This document shows positions 45,741 through 55,089 of a DNA stretch of 64,000 bases, in pieces. The first letter of the stretch is position 1. Each line of letters begins with the position of its first letter. The DNA comes from an uncultured virus (IMG/VR IMGVR_UViG_3300021378_001157). Its lineage: Duplodnaviria > Heunggongvirae > Uroviricota > Caudoviricetes. The translations under genes and the position numbers were made by a program. Below the pieces are notes generated by a model. That model was not told where the DNA came from and searched no databases. It saw only the letters and a list, made by a program, of their open reading frames with translations. The stretch is from the IMG/VR virus record IMGVR_UViG_3300021378_001157. One strand, given 5' to 3'.

Positions 45741-46675
45741 TTGAAAGATACCCCAGCCATGATTTCAGTGCAGCAGGCAACCATATTAATTTCATGGTCA
45801 GCAACGAAACTGTTTTTATATTGATAGTCTGCAAGAATAAGTACAAGCTGTGGGATACTTTGTGGTTCCACATACTCATACATATTGTCATACAGCTTTC
45901 TAAAGAGAGCCGCAGGTTCTTGGTCAATATTATCTGTAACCCATTGTCGCATCTTCTTAAAGTCTTTAGCCTTAAGTGCCGTCATAAGATTACTGATAGA
46001 TACTTCCGATAGGGAAACAAGGATGCCTGAGTCTATATGATTAGAAACAGAGTATCTTTGTAACTCATTGAGAACTCTACGCCAGTCTGGCAGATACTTC
46101 ATAATAAGTTCAGCGACTACGGCCTCTTCATACTCAACACCTTCTTGGGTTAGAATATTACAGCATCTCTCAAGGAACTGCATACATAACTTTGGTGTAT
46201 CCTTCTTTGCAATGTTAAATTCTATAACAGAACAACGGGAGTGTAGTGGGTCAATAATCCTGTTCTTAAAATTACAGGTCATAATAAACCTGCAATTGTT
46301 ACTGAATTCTTCAATGAATCCACGTAACGCAGGTTGGGTGGATTGGGGATTTAGATAATCTGCCTCATCTAAAATAACCACCTTGTATCCACCCTGTAAA
46401 GATACTGTAGAAGCAAAGTGTTTAATCTTTGTTCTAAGTGTATCAATGTTGCCTTCTTCTGAACCATTAATGATTAGATAATCTAACCCTAGTGATTTAC
46501 ATAGAGCCTTGGCAACAGTAGTCTTACCGACACCAGCAGTACCAGTAAGAAGTAAATTAGGAATCTCACCAGTATCAACGATTGTTTGAAAAGTTTTCTT
46601 AATCGGTGATGGTAAGATTGTGTCTTGTATAGTTTGGGGTCTATACTTTTCTACCCATAAGAATTCATTGTTCAT
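45737..46675 (-). CDS. 44: clamp loader large subunit gp44
   Basis: LWVEKYRP, GTAGVGKT, LDEAD, LHSRC. Confidence 0.95.
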   Translation of the reverse strand: MNNEFLWVEKYRPQTIQDTILPSPIKKTFQTIVDTGEIPNLLLTGTAGVGKTTVAKALCKSLGLDYLIINGSEEGNIDTLRTKIKHFASTVSLQGGYKVVILDEADYLNPQSTQPALRGFIEEFSNNCRFIMTCNFKNRIIDPLHSRCSVIEFNIAKKDTPKLCMQFLERCCNILTQEGVEYEEAVVAELIMKYLPDWRRVLNELQRYSVSNHIDSGILVSLSEVSISNLMTALKAKDFKKMRQWVTDNIDQEPAALFRKLYDNMYEYVEPQSIPQLVLILADYQYKNSFVADHEINMVACCTEIMAGVSFK

Positions 46676-46932
46676 TTAACTATCTCCCAGCCAGTTACAG
46701 TATTTACTCTAAAAGAACGCCATGCGCCTTTATCTAAACACCACACTGCGATATGGTCTGAGTTAGGAGAAATATTTTCTAGTATTGTTTTTACTCCGTT
46801 CTCTTGCAAGATATCTGGGTTAAGTGAAGATTCCATTACACGAATTTCATCTGTAATGATTTTCTTAAAGGTTATGTTTACTATCCCGTTTTGTAAGGCA
46901 GAGATAAGAGCCTTGACTTCATTTGTATTCAT
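46672..46932 (-). CDS. WYL-like/SH3-fold protein (DUF2693-like)
   Basis: TFKK...E.R.M...VW.LDK.AWRSFR. Confidence 0.7.
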   Translation of the reverse strand: MNTNEVKALISALQNGIVNITFKKIITDEIRVMESSLNPDILQENGVKTILENISPNSDHIAVWCLDKGAWRSFRVNTVTGWEIVK

Positions 46933-46953
46933 AATATAAATCCATTAATTAAT

Positions 46954-46980
46954 AAAAATATGGGGGAGCCACCCCCACAC
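46954..46980 (-). terminator. intrinsic terminator
   Basis: GTGTGGGGG-TGGCT-CCCCCATAT followed by TTTT. Confidence 0.7.
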
Positions 46981-46995
46981 TCATGGCTAGTTCGA

Positions 46996-47271
46996 TTATG
47001 CTTCTTCAGCAGTAACCTCTTCAACAGATGGTTCTTCCACTGGAACTTGTCCTTCAGGAACATCACCATCTTTTGGAGCCGCGGCATTTAGAAATGCTAC
47101 AGTTCTATTTCTAAGACCACCAACGGCCTCTAGCTCTGGCCCTTCAAAACCACCTCTTTTTGAACAGATATCAATTACCTGTACGAAAGTTGCGATGTCT
47201 TGTAGAGACAGTTGTGGAGCTTGTTGCTCCTCGCCTTCCTGTGGAAGGACTTTATCGTTTAAGTCAGTCAT
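46996..47271 (-). CDS. acidic hypothetical protein (late)
   Basis: LSLQDI...IDICSKRG.F.G.EL..VG.LR; own late promoter and structured leader. Confidence 0.7.
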   Translation of the reverse strand: MTDLNDKVLPQEGEEQQAPQLSLQDIATFVQVIDICSKRGGFEGPELEAVGGLRNRTVAFLNAAAPKDGDVPEGQVPVEEPSVEEVTAEEA

Positions 47272-47366
47272 TTTCTTCTCCTTTGCAAAGTAGACTAATT
47301 ATGAGAGACCCGACCAATTCGGCATCTTCTCTTATTATCCTCATAATATTATGAGAATTCATATAG

Positions 47367-47374
47367 TATTTATA
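47367..47374 (-). promoter_or_regulatory. late promoter overlapping the gene 45 stop
   Basis: TATAAATA. Confidence 0.75.
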
Positions 47375-48035
47375 CACCATAGGTACTTGATTTCTCTAAA
47401 GCGATAAAATAATTTACAGGTAAATTAGTATTACGCCATTCTGAAATCAACTTAGATGAAATAAACACGTTGTAATCGCCATCAACAAGCTTTAAGTTAG
47501 CAATGTTCATGACAAAGTTAAAGTTTGAACCAGATGTGTTAACACCTAGGTCTAGTTCATATGTATTTGCACTTGAATCTTTTGCATCAAATACTTGAAC
47601 AGTTACATTCTCACCGCCGACAATAGCCATATCAATATGACCTAGTACGTTAGCAGCCTTCTTAATCTTAGCAATTGTGTCAGCTGTAAAGTGAACTTCT
47701 ACATCTGTTGAAGGCATTGTGATATCCTTCTCTGGAGTAGTAAGAATACTGGACGCGGCAAAGAAGTATTTTACCTTATTGGTATCATCTTTAAAGAGTA
47801 CAGCATTTTCTTCGAACTGCATTGTAGGGTTTTCAATAAGACCATGAATTGATAAGAATTCGTTAAGGTCATAGATACCCATCTCAGCAGGAAAGTCCTC
47901 GGTGATATTTGCGATAGCCAGAATGTTCTTGGCCTCGGAAATAGTTTTTAGTTGTTGACCAGGTTTCAGAACCATGTTTGCATTGATAGTAGCAAAATTG
48001 GCGAGAAGAGCCTGGGTTTCATTTGATAGTTGCAT
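47370..48035 (-). CDS. 45: sliding clamp gp45
   Basis: LS.ET..L.NFATIN, GIYDLNEFLS, NLKL..GDY.V, YFIALE. Confidence 0.93.
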   Translation of the reverse strand: MQLSNETQALLANFATINANMVLKPGQQLKTISEAKNILAIANITEDFPAEMGIYDLNEFLSIHGLIENPTMQFEENAVLFKDDTNKVKYFFAASSILTTPEKDITMPSTDVEVHFTADTIAKIKKAANVLGHIDMAIVGGENVTVQVFDAKDSSANTYELDLGVNTSGSNFNFVMNIANLKLVDGDYNVFISSKLISEWRNTNLPVNYFIALEKSSTYGV

Positions 48036-48063
48036 TTGCATCTCCATTTATTTAATAGTTTAT

Positions 48064-48092
48064 ATTATACTACACTTTGGGGCATTTGTAAA
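48064..48092 (-). promoter_or_regulatory. early promoter
   Basis: TTTACA-N17-TATAAT. Confidence 0.8.
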
Positions 48093-48105
48093 CCCTTTTA
48101 TGTAA

Positions 48106-48402
48106 TTACTTTGCATTATTTCTATCATGCTCATATAAAGCAAGTAATCCATAATGTAGAACCTTCATCAGGTCTTTGCGCCACTCCTCAGGAGTATCAC
48201 CCTTCTTGCCATAACGTGCATTATACTTATCTACATTTCCTAAGAAGAATCCTAGGCCATGTCCTCGGTCGATGATAACTTCACTTGACTGAAGCCCTCC
48301 TTGACCATAATGAGCGTTATAGGTTGAATCTATGTATTGATGGAGCTCTTCAATAAGAGCCCCCTCGTTAAATTTGTAATCTGGATTAGAATGTTGTTTC
48401 AT
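48106..48402 (-). CDS. DUF3310 / T7 gp1.7-like protein (putative nucleotide kinase)
   Basis: TY.AHY, GF.LGN.DKY..RYGKKG, DL.KVLHY. Confidence 0.7.
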   Translation of the reverse strand: MKQHSNPDYKFNEGALIEELHQYIDSTYNAHYGQGGLQSSEVIIDRGHGLGFFLGNVDKYNARYGKKGDTPEEWRKDLMKVLHYGLLALYEHDRNNAK

Positions 48403-49528
48403 TTGTTTCCTCGTTTGGCCAAGTTTCTTCTGTTTCGAATGTTACTCCAGAATCCACTTTAGTGTATAAGTCTAAGAAGGCGGCCTTAGTATCGTCATCA
48501 AACCTTGCAATACATAATTCGATTGCCTTCATCTTGTTATCAAAGATAGAAAAAGTTTGGACTATGTGACATAACCTTCTAGTTGAAATTACCTCGTCAA
48601 CGCCATCATCATAGAATGTCTTTCTGATAATGTCTGCCCAAGATACTAGTTTCTCAGCAAACTCTACATCTGTCTTGCCGAATTTTTCCATATGTTTGGC
48701 AACGATTTTCTTTTCTACTGATTGGCTTGGGAAAGCCTGGTCGATTGCTACAGTGAATCTTTCTAAGAAAGCATCATCTATAATTGAAGCGGCTGTGAAC
48801 CTGCCGTCTTCCGAACCTTTACCTTTAGTATTGGCTGTGGCAATAACATTAAATCCTGGACTTGGTTCTACTACCTCGCCAGTCTTTTTGACTAGTACTG
48901 GTTTTCCTTCTAGGATACCTTGTAAACACATAATCTTGTTAGTCGCTCTATCGACCTCGTCCAGTAGAAGAATAGCTCCTCTTTCCATGGCCTTAAGAAC
49001 TGGGCCTTTAGAGAATACTGTTTCTCCATTAATAAGTCTGAATCCACCTAGTAGGTCGTCCTCATCCGTCTCAGGATTAATTTGAACTCTGATGAACTCT
49101 CTACCAAGTTTAGCGGCCGCTTGTTCAACCATGAAAGTCTTACCGTTACCTGATAAACCAGATACATAGACTGGGTAGAACATTTCAGATTTTAGGATTT
49201 TAACCACATCTGAAAAGGCACCCCATGGTACGAATGTTGGGTCTTTTTTGGCAAAGTTTAATTCTTCATTTACTATTGATTGCATCTTAACCACGTTAGA
49301 GAAACCAGTAACTGGTTCTTTTGTGACTGGGACAATCATTGCCGATAAGTCATAAACCCCAGGTTTAACTCTAATCTTAGCATCGATTAAGTCCCAGAAG
49401 TCTTTTCTTGAATAACCCAATGAGTCAGCTGTATCACTGATTTGGGCTCTTTTAAACTCTGTCTGGTCTGGGAACCTTTGACTGAGAGTTTCAAGGATAA
49501 TTTGAGTTGATTTTTTCATTGTATTCAT
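48386..49528 (-). CDS. MoxR/CobS-like AAA+ ATPase
   Basis: GLSGNGKT, LLLDEVD, ATANTKGKG, AFLERF, ISTRRL. Confidence 0.9.
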   Translation of the reverse strand: MNTMKKSTQIILETLSQRFPDQTEFKRAQISDTADSLGYSRKDFWDLIDAKIRVKPGVYDLSAMIVPVTKEPVTGFSNVVKMQSIVNEELNFAKKDPTFVPWGAFSDVVKILKSEMFYPVYVSGLSGNGKTFMVEQAAAKLGREFIRVQINPETDEDDLLGGFRLINGETVFSKGPVLKAMERGAILLLDEVDRATNKIMCLQGILEGKPVLVKKTGEVVEPSPGFNVIATANTKGKGSEDGRFTAASIIDDAFLERFTVAIDQAFPSQSVEKKIVAKHMEKFGKTDVEFAEKLVSWADIIRKTFYDDGVDEVISTRRLCHIVQTFSIFDNKMKAIELCIARFDDDTKAAFLDLYTKVDSGVTFETEETWPNEETNETTF

Positions 49529-49564
49529 AATATAAGTTACTCCATTTATTTAATTTACTAGTAT

Positions 49565-49593
49565 ATTATAACAGGCTTTATATGGCTTGTAAA
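49565..49593 (-). promoter_or_regulatory. early promoter
   Basis: TTTACA-N17-TATAAT (TGTTATAAT). Confidence 0.75.
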
Positions 49594-49631
49594 GTGTTTT
49601 GCTGAAAATAATTCATTTATTTTCATCTTTT

Positions 49632-51791
49632 TCAAGCCACTGCTCCTCCAAATTTGGTGAGAAGCACCTTGTTAGTCTTTTTAGATTTAGAAAACTTTTT
49701 GAAAGCATTTCTAATCTGGGCATCTGAAGCTTCGGTTGAAACCTCGAAATCATCTTCTTCGGTATTAAGGTTTTTACCACCTTTTACCATGTAGTAAGTA
49801 TCGTAGCCATATACATCTTTGACTTCAATACATTTGTTTCTGGTATACTCTCTTGTTGTTTCTTTTCTAAACTCTTCATAACAATTTGCTAAGTTACTGT
49901 TTCTCCAGTATAAGTCATTGACTCTTGATTTCCACTCTCTATTATCTTCAGCCATGAAGAATCCGAGGTTGGTAGTATTATACATCTTCTTGATATTATC
50001 TAAGAGAGCACTGGTCATTTTAGTACTTGAATTTCTAGTAGTTTTGATAATCTTACCTTGAACTATTAATCTGACATCATCTGACATACTGTAGTAATCA
50101 ACACCGTGAACTTGGAGTCTGTTACTATCGCCGTCTGTGAAGGTTAAGAAGTTTAGCTTTTCAATATTATGTTTAGTCTTGAACTTCTTTAAGATATCAT
50201 GGCAAACTATTAACGCTTGATTTAATGGTGTTGAGCCCCACTGTTCTGAAGCCCCAATTGGAAATGAGAGGTAACGACTACTAGTTGTTCTAAGGTAAAG
50301 ATACTTAGTAGCTTCGATAAACTCGGCCTTCTTCATTTCTGAACTAACCAGAAGAGGCATTGCTAGGTCGTCCATATCTAGGTCACCATTAAGGTAAGAC
50401 CTTCTTACATAGTTTTCTTCATCATATCTCCAGCCGCCGGCAGTAGTAAAGGCATAAACTTCAAAAGGTATATTAACTGCTTTACAAAACATAACCGTGT
50501 GAAGTATTTGATCCATTACATATTTCATTGAACTTGACATTGACCCTGAAAAGTCTACCAACATCACCATGCCGTGAGACTTGGCATTTGGTAACTTAGT
50601 AGCCTTTAGAAAGATATCATCATTAGTTTTATATGACCATAACTTATTGACATTGATGTTTCCAGTCTTAGCTTCTGTAGCTCTTGACCACTGTGTGGCC
50701 GCTTTTTTCATTTCGAATTCTCTAACGGCTGGTTGAACATTCTTTTTAAGCTGTTTCATATATGAAGGATAATCATCAAGAAGCTCTATCCATCTCGTAT
50801 CATCATAATGGTTTGCCATTCTCTTAGCTTCATTTTCTCTATCTTTCATTAACTGTTTAAAAGGAACGATTGAAGTTGAGATATTTTCTTTGGATACTTG
50901 ACTAACTACTAGAGGAGATTTTCCGTTATCGCTAGTTTCAATTAGTGACTTTTCTTTTGACCTATAGATTCTGTCTGTGATAGAAACATCTGCTTCCTGA
51001 TGTTCTGGTTGAGCGGCCGATGTTGTAGTTTCTTCTTCGGATTCTTCTTCTGTAACATCTTCTCCTGAAGATTGGTCGCCTTGAGTGGTTTGATTAGATT
51101 TCTCTTCTGATTCTTCTTTCTCATAATCATCATGGCCACTAGGACTAGTTGATTCTTCTTGTTCTTCGTTTTGGCTTTCTTCTTCCGAATTATCAATGTC
51201 TTGTTCAGGCTCTGGTTGTTGAATGAGCTCTGGTGTATTATCTTGAGTAAACTTTAGAATGTCTTTGACTAACTGAACAACTTCATCAAATGTTTGAGTA
51301 GTATTTGCTCTGGTTAGAAAGACGGCCTCTTCTGAACTGAATGGTACTTCTATAAGAGAGCCTAATTTAGTTTTAAGGTTAATCTTATCAATGAGTTTGA
51401 CTTGGTCATAATCTACATCATCAAGAGGACCGAAGAACTCGTTATCTAATAACTTCTTGTAACCTTTATTAAAAGAATTTACAAGCCCTGGATACCTTGA
51501 TTGGATTTTTCTTTCAATCCTTGCATCTTCTACTACATTAATATATGTTCTTGGGCAACCCTCTAATTTTTCTGGACTATCGTGCCAACCTTCGAATGGT
51601 GTTTCTATAGCATGTCCAACTTCGTGGCCGATTAGAAGGTCATAAACATCTTTACCCATATCTTTCCACAATGGAAGACCGAGTGTTCTGTTCTTGATAT
51701 CAAACCAGGCTGTGTTGAAGTTACCATGTCTAATAGTAATGTTCTCTTTAGCCAAGAGTTTTGGTAGGAGGCTGGATTCATAATTCATCAT
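49632..51791 (-). CDS. HExxH metallopeptidase-like + VWA domain protein (CobT-like)
   Basis: HEVGH...EDARIE, acidic linker, MIDAS DFSGS, TPL, TDG. Confidence 0.85.
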   Translation of the reverse strand: MMNYESSLLPKLLAKENITIRHGNFNTAWFDIKNRTLGLPLWKDMGKDVYDLLIGHEVGHAIETPFEGWHDSPEKLEGCPRTYINVVEDARIERKIQSRYPGLVNSFNKGYKKLLDNEFFGPLDDVDYDQVKLIDKINLKTKLGSLIEVPFSSEEAVFLTRANTTQTFDEVVQLVKDILKFTQDNTPELIQQPEPEQDIDNSEEESQNEEQEESTSPSGHDDYEKEESEEKSNQTTQGDQSSGEDVTEEESEEETTTSAAQPEHQEADVSITDRIYRSKEKSLIETSDNGKSPLVVSQVSKENISTSIVPFKQLMKDRENEAKRMANHYDDTRWIELLDDYPSYMKQLKKNVQPAVREFEMKKAATQWSRATEAKTGNINVNKLWSYKTNDDIFLKATKLPNAKSHGMVMLVDFSGSMSSSMKYVMDQILHTVMFCKAVNIPFEVYAFTTAGGWRYDEENYVRRSYLNGDLDMDDLAMPLLVSSEMKKAEFIEATKYLYLRTTSSRYLSFPIGASEQWGSTPLNQALIVCHDILKKFKTKHNIEKLNFLTFTDGDSNRLQVHGVDYYSMSDDVRLIVQGKIIKTTRNSSTKMTSALLDNIKKMYNTTNLGFFMAEDNREWKSRVNDLYWRNSNLANCYEEFRKETTREYTRNKCIEVKDVYGYDTYYMVKGGKNLNTEEDDFEVSTEASDAQIRNAFKKFSKSKKTNKVLLTKFGGAVA

Positions 51792-51822
51792 AATATAGGT
51801 TTCTCTTTTAATTTATAAGTAT

Positions 51823-51851
51823 ATTATACTACGCATTAAATAGAATGTAAA
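51823..51851 (-). promoter_or_regulatory. early promoter
   Basis: TTTACA-N17-TATAAT. Confidence 0.8.
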
Positions 51852-51884
51852 GAGGTTTTTTCATTTTTTTTAAAGATTTTACAT

Positions 51885-51916
51885 AAATGTAACACAAATG
51901 TAACACAAATGTAACA
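51885..51916. repeat. tandem 11-bp repeat AAATGTAACAC x3
   Basis: TGTAACA at 51888, 51899 and 51910; degenerate TTTTACA at 51877. Confidence 0.8.
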
Positions 51917-51922
51917 AATGGT

Positions 51923-52120
51923 TTAGTCAAAGTCTAATTCCATCTGATTAGGGCAAGAAGTTCGCTTAAAATAAAGTCTCCCGTCCTCACATTCAACTAG
52001 GGTAAATACATCTCCTTCTTTAAAGGGTGTATTTCCAAGGATAATCATTTCACCTTGTTCTTTATCCATCATCTTTAATCCATGTTCATTTATTTGAAAC
52101 ATATAACCTGAATATAACAT
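51923..52120 (-). CDS. hypothetical protein
   Basis: 65 aa; AAGGAAAG SD; ends in QMELDFD. Confidence 0.6.
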   Translation of the reverse strand: MLYSGYMFQINEHGLKMMDKEQGEMIILGNTPFKEGDVFTLVECEDGRLYFKRTSCPNQMELDFD

Positions 52121-52136
52121 TGTCTTTCCTTTTGTT

Positions 52137-52213
52137 TGGCCGACCCTTCAGGACTTGAACCTGAAACCTACAGCTTAGAAGGCTGTTGCTCTATCCAGTT
52201 GAGCTAAGGGCCG
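52137..52213 (-). tRNA. tRNA-Arg(UCU)
   Basis: CGGCCCT/AGGGTCG acceptor, anticodon stem ACAGC-CT-TCT-AA-GCTGT, TTCAA T-loop, encoded CCA. Confidence 0.95.
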
Positions 52214-52238
52214 TTAATCTTCTAATTTCTAAGAGTAT

Positions 52239-52267
52239 ATTATACTACGCATTTCATGCCTTGTAAA
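52239..52267 (-). promoter_or_regulatory. early promoter of tRNA-Arg
   Basis: TTTACA-N17-TATAAT. Confidence 0.8.
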
Positions 52268-52312
52268 CAACTAATTTCGGTTTTCTTAGAATATTTTGTT
52301 ATATGTATATAA

Positions 52313-54028
52313 CTAGGCTATCTTAGAGAAGTTTTTATGCTTGAAGAATTCAATCTTTGACCTAAACTTGTTTTCTAGGATATCACCTTTATGCGAGATA
52401 ATGAATACGTTGGTGCCATCTTCTAGCGTTGAGAGAATTTTGGTTAGATTGTCAACACCATCAACGTCCAAGCTACTATCAAAGGTTTCATCTAGGATAA
52501 GTAGATTGGTAGCAGCAGAGTTCTTCATCTTAGCTATTTGTCTCCAAGTAAAAAGCAGTGATAAATCTATACGTTGCTTTTCACCTTCTGAGAATGATGC
52601 ATAGTTAAAGGAATCTCTGTGTCTTGACCTGATGGTCTCATTGAAGTTTTCATCTAAATGGAACGCCACGAAAAAGTCTAGCACTTGTAGATATTGGTTA
52701 ATCAGTCGGTTCATAACGGGTAGATACTGCTTAATAACTTTAGTCTTTATGCCGGTATCTTTTAACATCTCGCCGAGAACTTCATTGTACGTGCGTTCTT
52801 CTACATATTCTAACTTCATTTCTGTAGCTTTCTGTTTGGTAGCTTTGAGGTCTGATAATTCTTTCTTAGCCTTACCACTATCACCAGTCAACTTGTTTAG
52901 ATTACTTACTTCCTTCTGGACTTTAGTAATCTCTTTCTGCAATAATGATATCTTCTCGTTATTAGAATTGATTTTACCTTGACGCTGTCTTAGTGTGTTG
53001 AGATTATTTGAAATTTGAATTCCTTCTTTTTCAGTAAGGTCTACTTCTTTGGCTAGTTTACCCAACTCTAACTGAACATCTGCTGCAGTAGACTTAAGGC
53101 CTGTTAATTTAGTTTCTTTAATATCTTTAGTAATCTCTTGCTCACAGGTGGGGCAATTATCATTATCTTCATAGAAACGAGCTTCTTTAACTAGACTTTT
53201 AATCTTACCATTGAGGTTTTTATCTAGTGACTTAACTTCACTCATACGCTCCATGAAATGCTTGTGACTGCGTTCTTCATCGGCAAGGAGTGAAGTTAGG
53301 TTCTTACCTAGCTTTTGTGACTCTTTAAATGTATTATCAATCTGTTCTTTATAGGTTTCTATAGAATCCCTATTCTTGTCTATTTGTTCTTGGTTAAGAG
53401 CATCTAGGTCTTTGATATATTTTGATTGTGAATCTATCTTAGTATTAACCAAGTCAATTCTGTGGTTAATATCATTTAGATTGTCACGCAACTTAGCATT
53501 CTTTTCTTTTAAAAGATTATTCATTTTAGAAAAGATATTAATATCCAAGAGGTCTTCAATAATACTTCTGCGAGACCAACTCGGTAATTGCATAAAAGGA
53601 ATGAATGAACTAGAACCTAATACCACTACTTGATGGAATGATTTATGATTAAGCTTTAGAATATTTGTTTCCAAGTATTTTTGAAAGTCTCTTGCATTAG
53701 AAGCTTGGTTAATCATATTACCATTCTGCCAGATTTCAAACTTGTTAGGTTTAATACCACGAACAATCTTAAACTCTGAATTGCCAATATTGAACTCTAC
53801 TTCTACTAAGGTTCCTTTCTTATTAATTGAATTAATTAACTGACCTTTACCGATATCCCTATGAGCTTTACCGAATAAGCCAAATGATAATGCATCTAAT
53901 AGTGTAGACTTACCAGCACCATTTTGACCAACAATAAGTGTTGATGGTGATTTGTCTAAACTGATTGTTATCGCATCCGTCCCTGTTGACAGAAAATTCT
54001 GCCACTTACATGATTTAAAATGTATCAT
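52313..54028 (-). CDS. 46: recombination ATPase gp46 (Rad50/SbcC-like)
   Basis: GQNGAGKS, CPTC zinc hook, FSEGEK, LILDE, ISH. Confidence 0.96.
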   Translation of the reverse strand: MIHFKSCKWQNFLSTGTDAITISLDKSPSTLIVGQNGAGKSTLLDALSFGLFGKAHRDIGKGQLINSINKKGTLVEVEFNIGNSEFKIVRGIKPNKFEIWQNGNMINQASNARDFQKYLETNILKLNHKSFHQVVVLGSSSFIPFMQLPSWSRRSIIEDLLDINIFSKMNNLLKEKNAKLRDNLNDINHRIDLVNTKIDSQSKYIKDLDALNQEQIDKNRDSIETYKEQIDNTFKESQKLGKNLTSLLADEERSHKHFMERMSEVKSLDKNLNGKIKSLVKEARFYEDNDNCPTCEQEITKDIKETKLTGLKSTAADVQLELGKLAKEVDLTEKEGIQISNNLNTLRQRQGKINSNNEKISLLQKEITKVQKEVSNLNKLTGDSGKAKKELSDLKATKQKATEMKLEYVEERTYNEVLGEMLKDTGIKTKVIKQYLPVMNRLINQYLQVLDFFVAFHLDENFNETIRSRHRDSFNYASFSEGEKQRIDLSLLFTWRQIAKMKNSAATNLLILDETFDSSLDVDGVDNLTKILSTLEDGTNVFIISHKGDILENKFRSKIEFFKHKNFSKIA

Positions 54029-55086
54029 ACTACCTCTAAGTTTTGAGCCTCAGTATATAGAGTCCTCAGTTCAACTTTCAACTTATCTTTTTCCAAGTCA
54101 GTCTCAACTGCTTCTACATAAGAATCAAGAAGGGTCGTAGTATCTTCTAGGGATATTTTCTCGTCCTCGACGCTTTCTCCCAGATACTCTTCAAATGATT
54201 CCGCAATTTTTAACTCGTAAGTTTCAATAGATTGTAGTCTATCGACAAACTGGTCAAACATATATAAGTCATTTTTATTTATAACTATTAATTTGATAAA
54301 CTTTTGTTCAAATTGTTTTACATCAATTTTACTATAATCGGTCTTACTATCATCATATATGACCTTTTTAAACATAGTAATTGGATTACGAACTGGAGTA
54401 ATTTCCCTAGTTTCAGTATCCAATATATGGAAGTATTTAGGGTCATCTACATCTGCCCATGTAAATTCCATTTGAGAACCCAGATAGGTAACATTGCCCT
54501 GGCTAGACCTAGTATGGAAATGACCTGATAGAACCATTTCAAACCTAGAGAATACATCTGCATTCATTCCGTGGGGATTAGGTATACCAGCCATCATTTC
54601 AAAGCCTTTTAGTTCTAAGTGAGCTCCAAGGATAGGTGCTTTACAATTCATTGCCCACTTTGTATATTCTTCATAATTACCATTGTTAATCCATGGGATA
54701 ACTGCAACACCAAGACCGTCATAATCTAGCACTGTTGGTTTCATAATAATATTCACATTGCTTGTAAAGTAACCTAAAAGCTCTTTAAGTGAGCATAGTT
54801 CATTAGTATTCTTGAAGTATACATCATGGTTACCAGGGATGATATCCATAGTAATACCCATATCTCTCATAGGTTCTAGGAAGTGTTTACGATTGGCATT
54901 AAGAGCCTTAAAGTTAACGAACTTGCGATGTTCATAGTAATCACCAAGGTGCAAGATATTCTTGATATTATGTTCTTTTAAATAAGGAAAGAATATCTCC
55001 TCATAAAATCTTTCTTGATATCTTAAAAAAATATCTGATGAGTTTCTTACCCCACAATGGGTGTCGTTTAATATTGCTACTTTCAT
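54025..55086 (-). CDS. 47: recombination nuclease gp47 (Mre11/SbcD-like)
   Basis: DTH.G, LGD, GNHD, SGHFH. Confidence 0.95.
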   Translation of the reverse strand: MKVAILNDTHCGVRNSSDIFLRYQERFYEEIFFPYLKEHNIKNILHLGDYYEHRKFVNFKALNANRKHFLEPMRDMGITMDIIPGNHDVYFKNTNELCSLKELLGYFTSNVNIIMKPTVLDYDGLGVAVIPWINNGNYEEYTKWAMNCKAPILGAHLELKGFEMMAGIPNPHGMNADVFSRFEMVLSGHFHTRSSQGNVTYLGSQMEFTWADVDDPKYFHILDTETREITPVRNPITMFKKVIYDDSKTDYSKIDVKQFEQKFIKLIVINKNDLYMFDQFVDRLQSIETYELKIAESFEEYLGESVEDEKISLEDTTTLLDSYVEAVETDLEKDKLKVELRTLYTEAQNLEVV

Positions 55087-55089
55087 ATA

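Noticed and set aside
46954..46988. Possible pseudoknot (AGCCA pairing with the TGGCT loop)
   Set aside because: Zero-length connecting loops make it sterically unlikely; a plain terminator explains the sequence.
48386..51791. Cobalamin biosynthesis genes (cobS/cobT)
   Set aside because: No cobN or other cob genes are present; a generic MoxR-VWA pair is the more parsimonious reading.
51877..51920. Short repeats as a CRISPR array
   Set aside because: They are 11-bp tandem units without spacers; the Cas4-like exonuclease is a common stand-alone phage gene.
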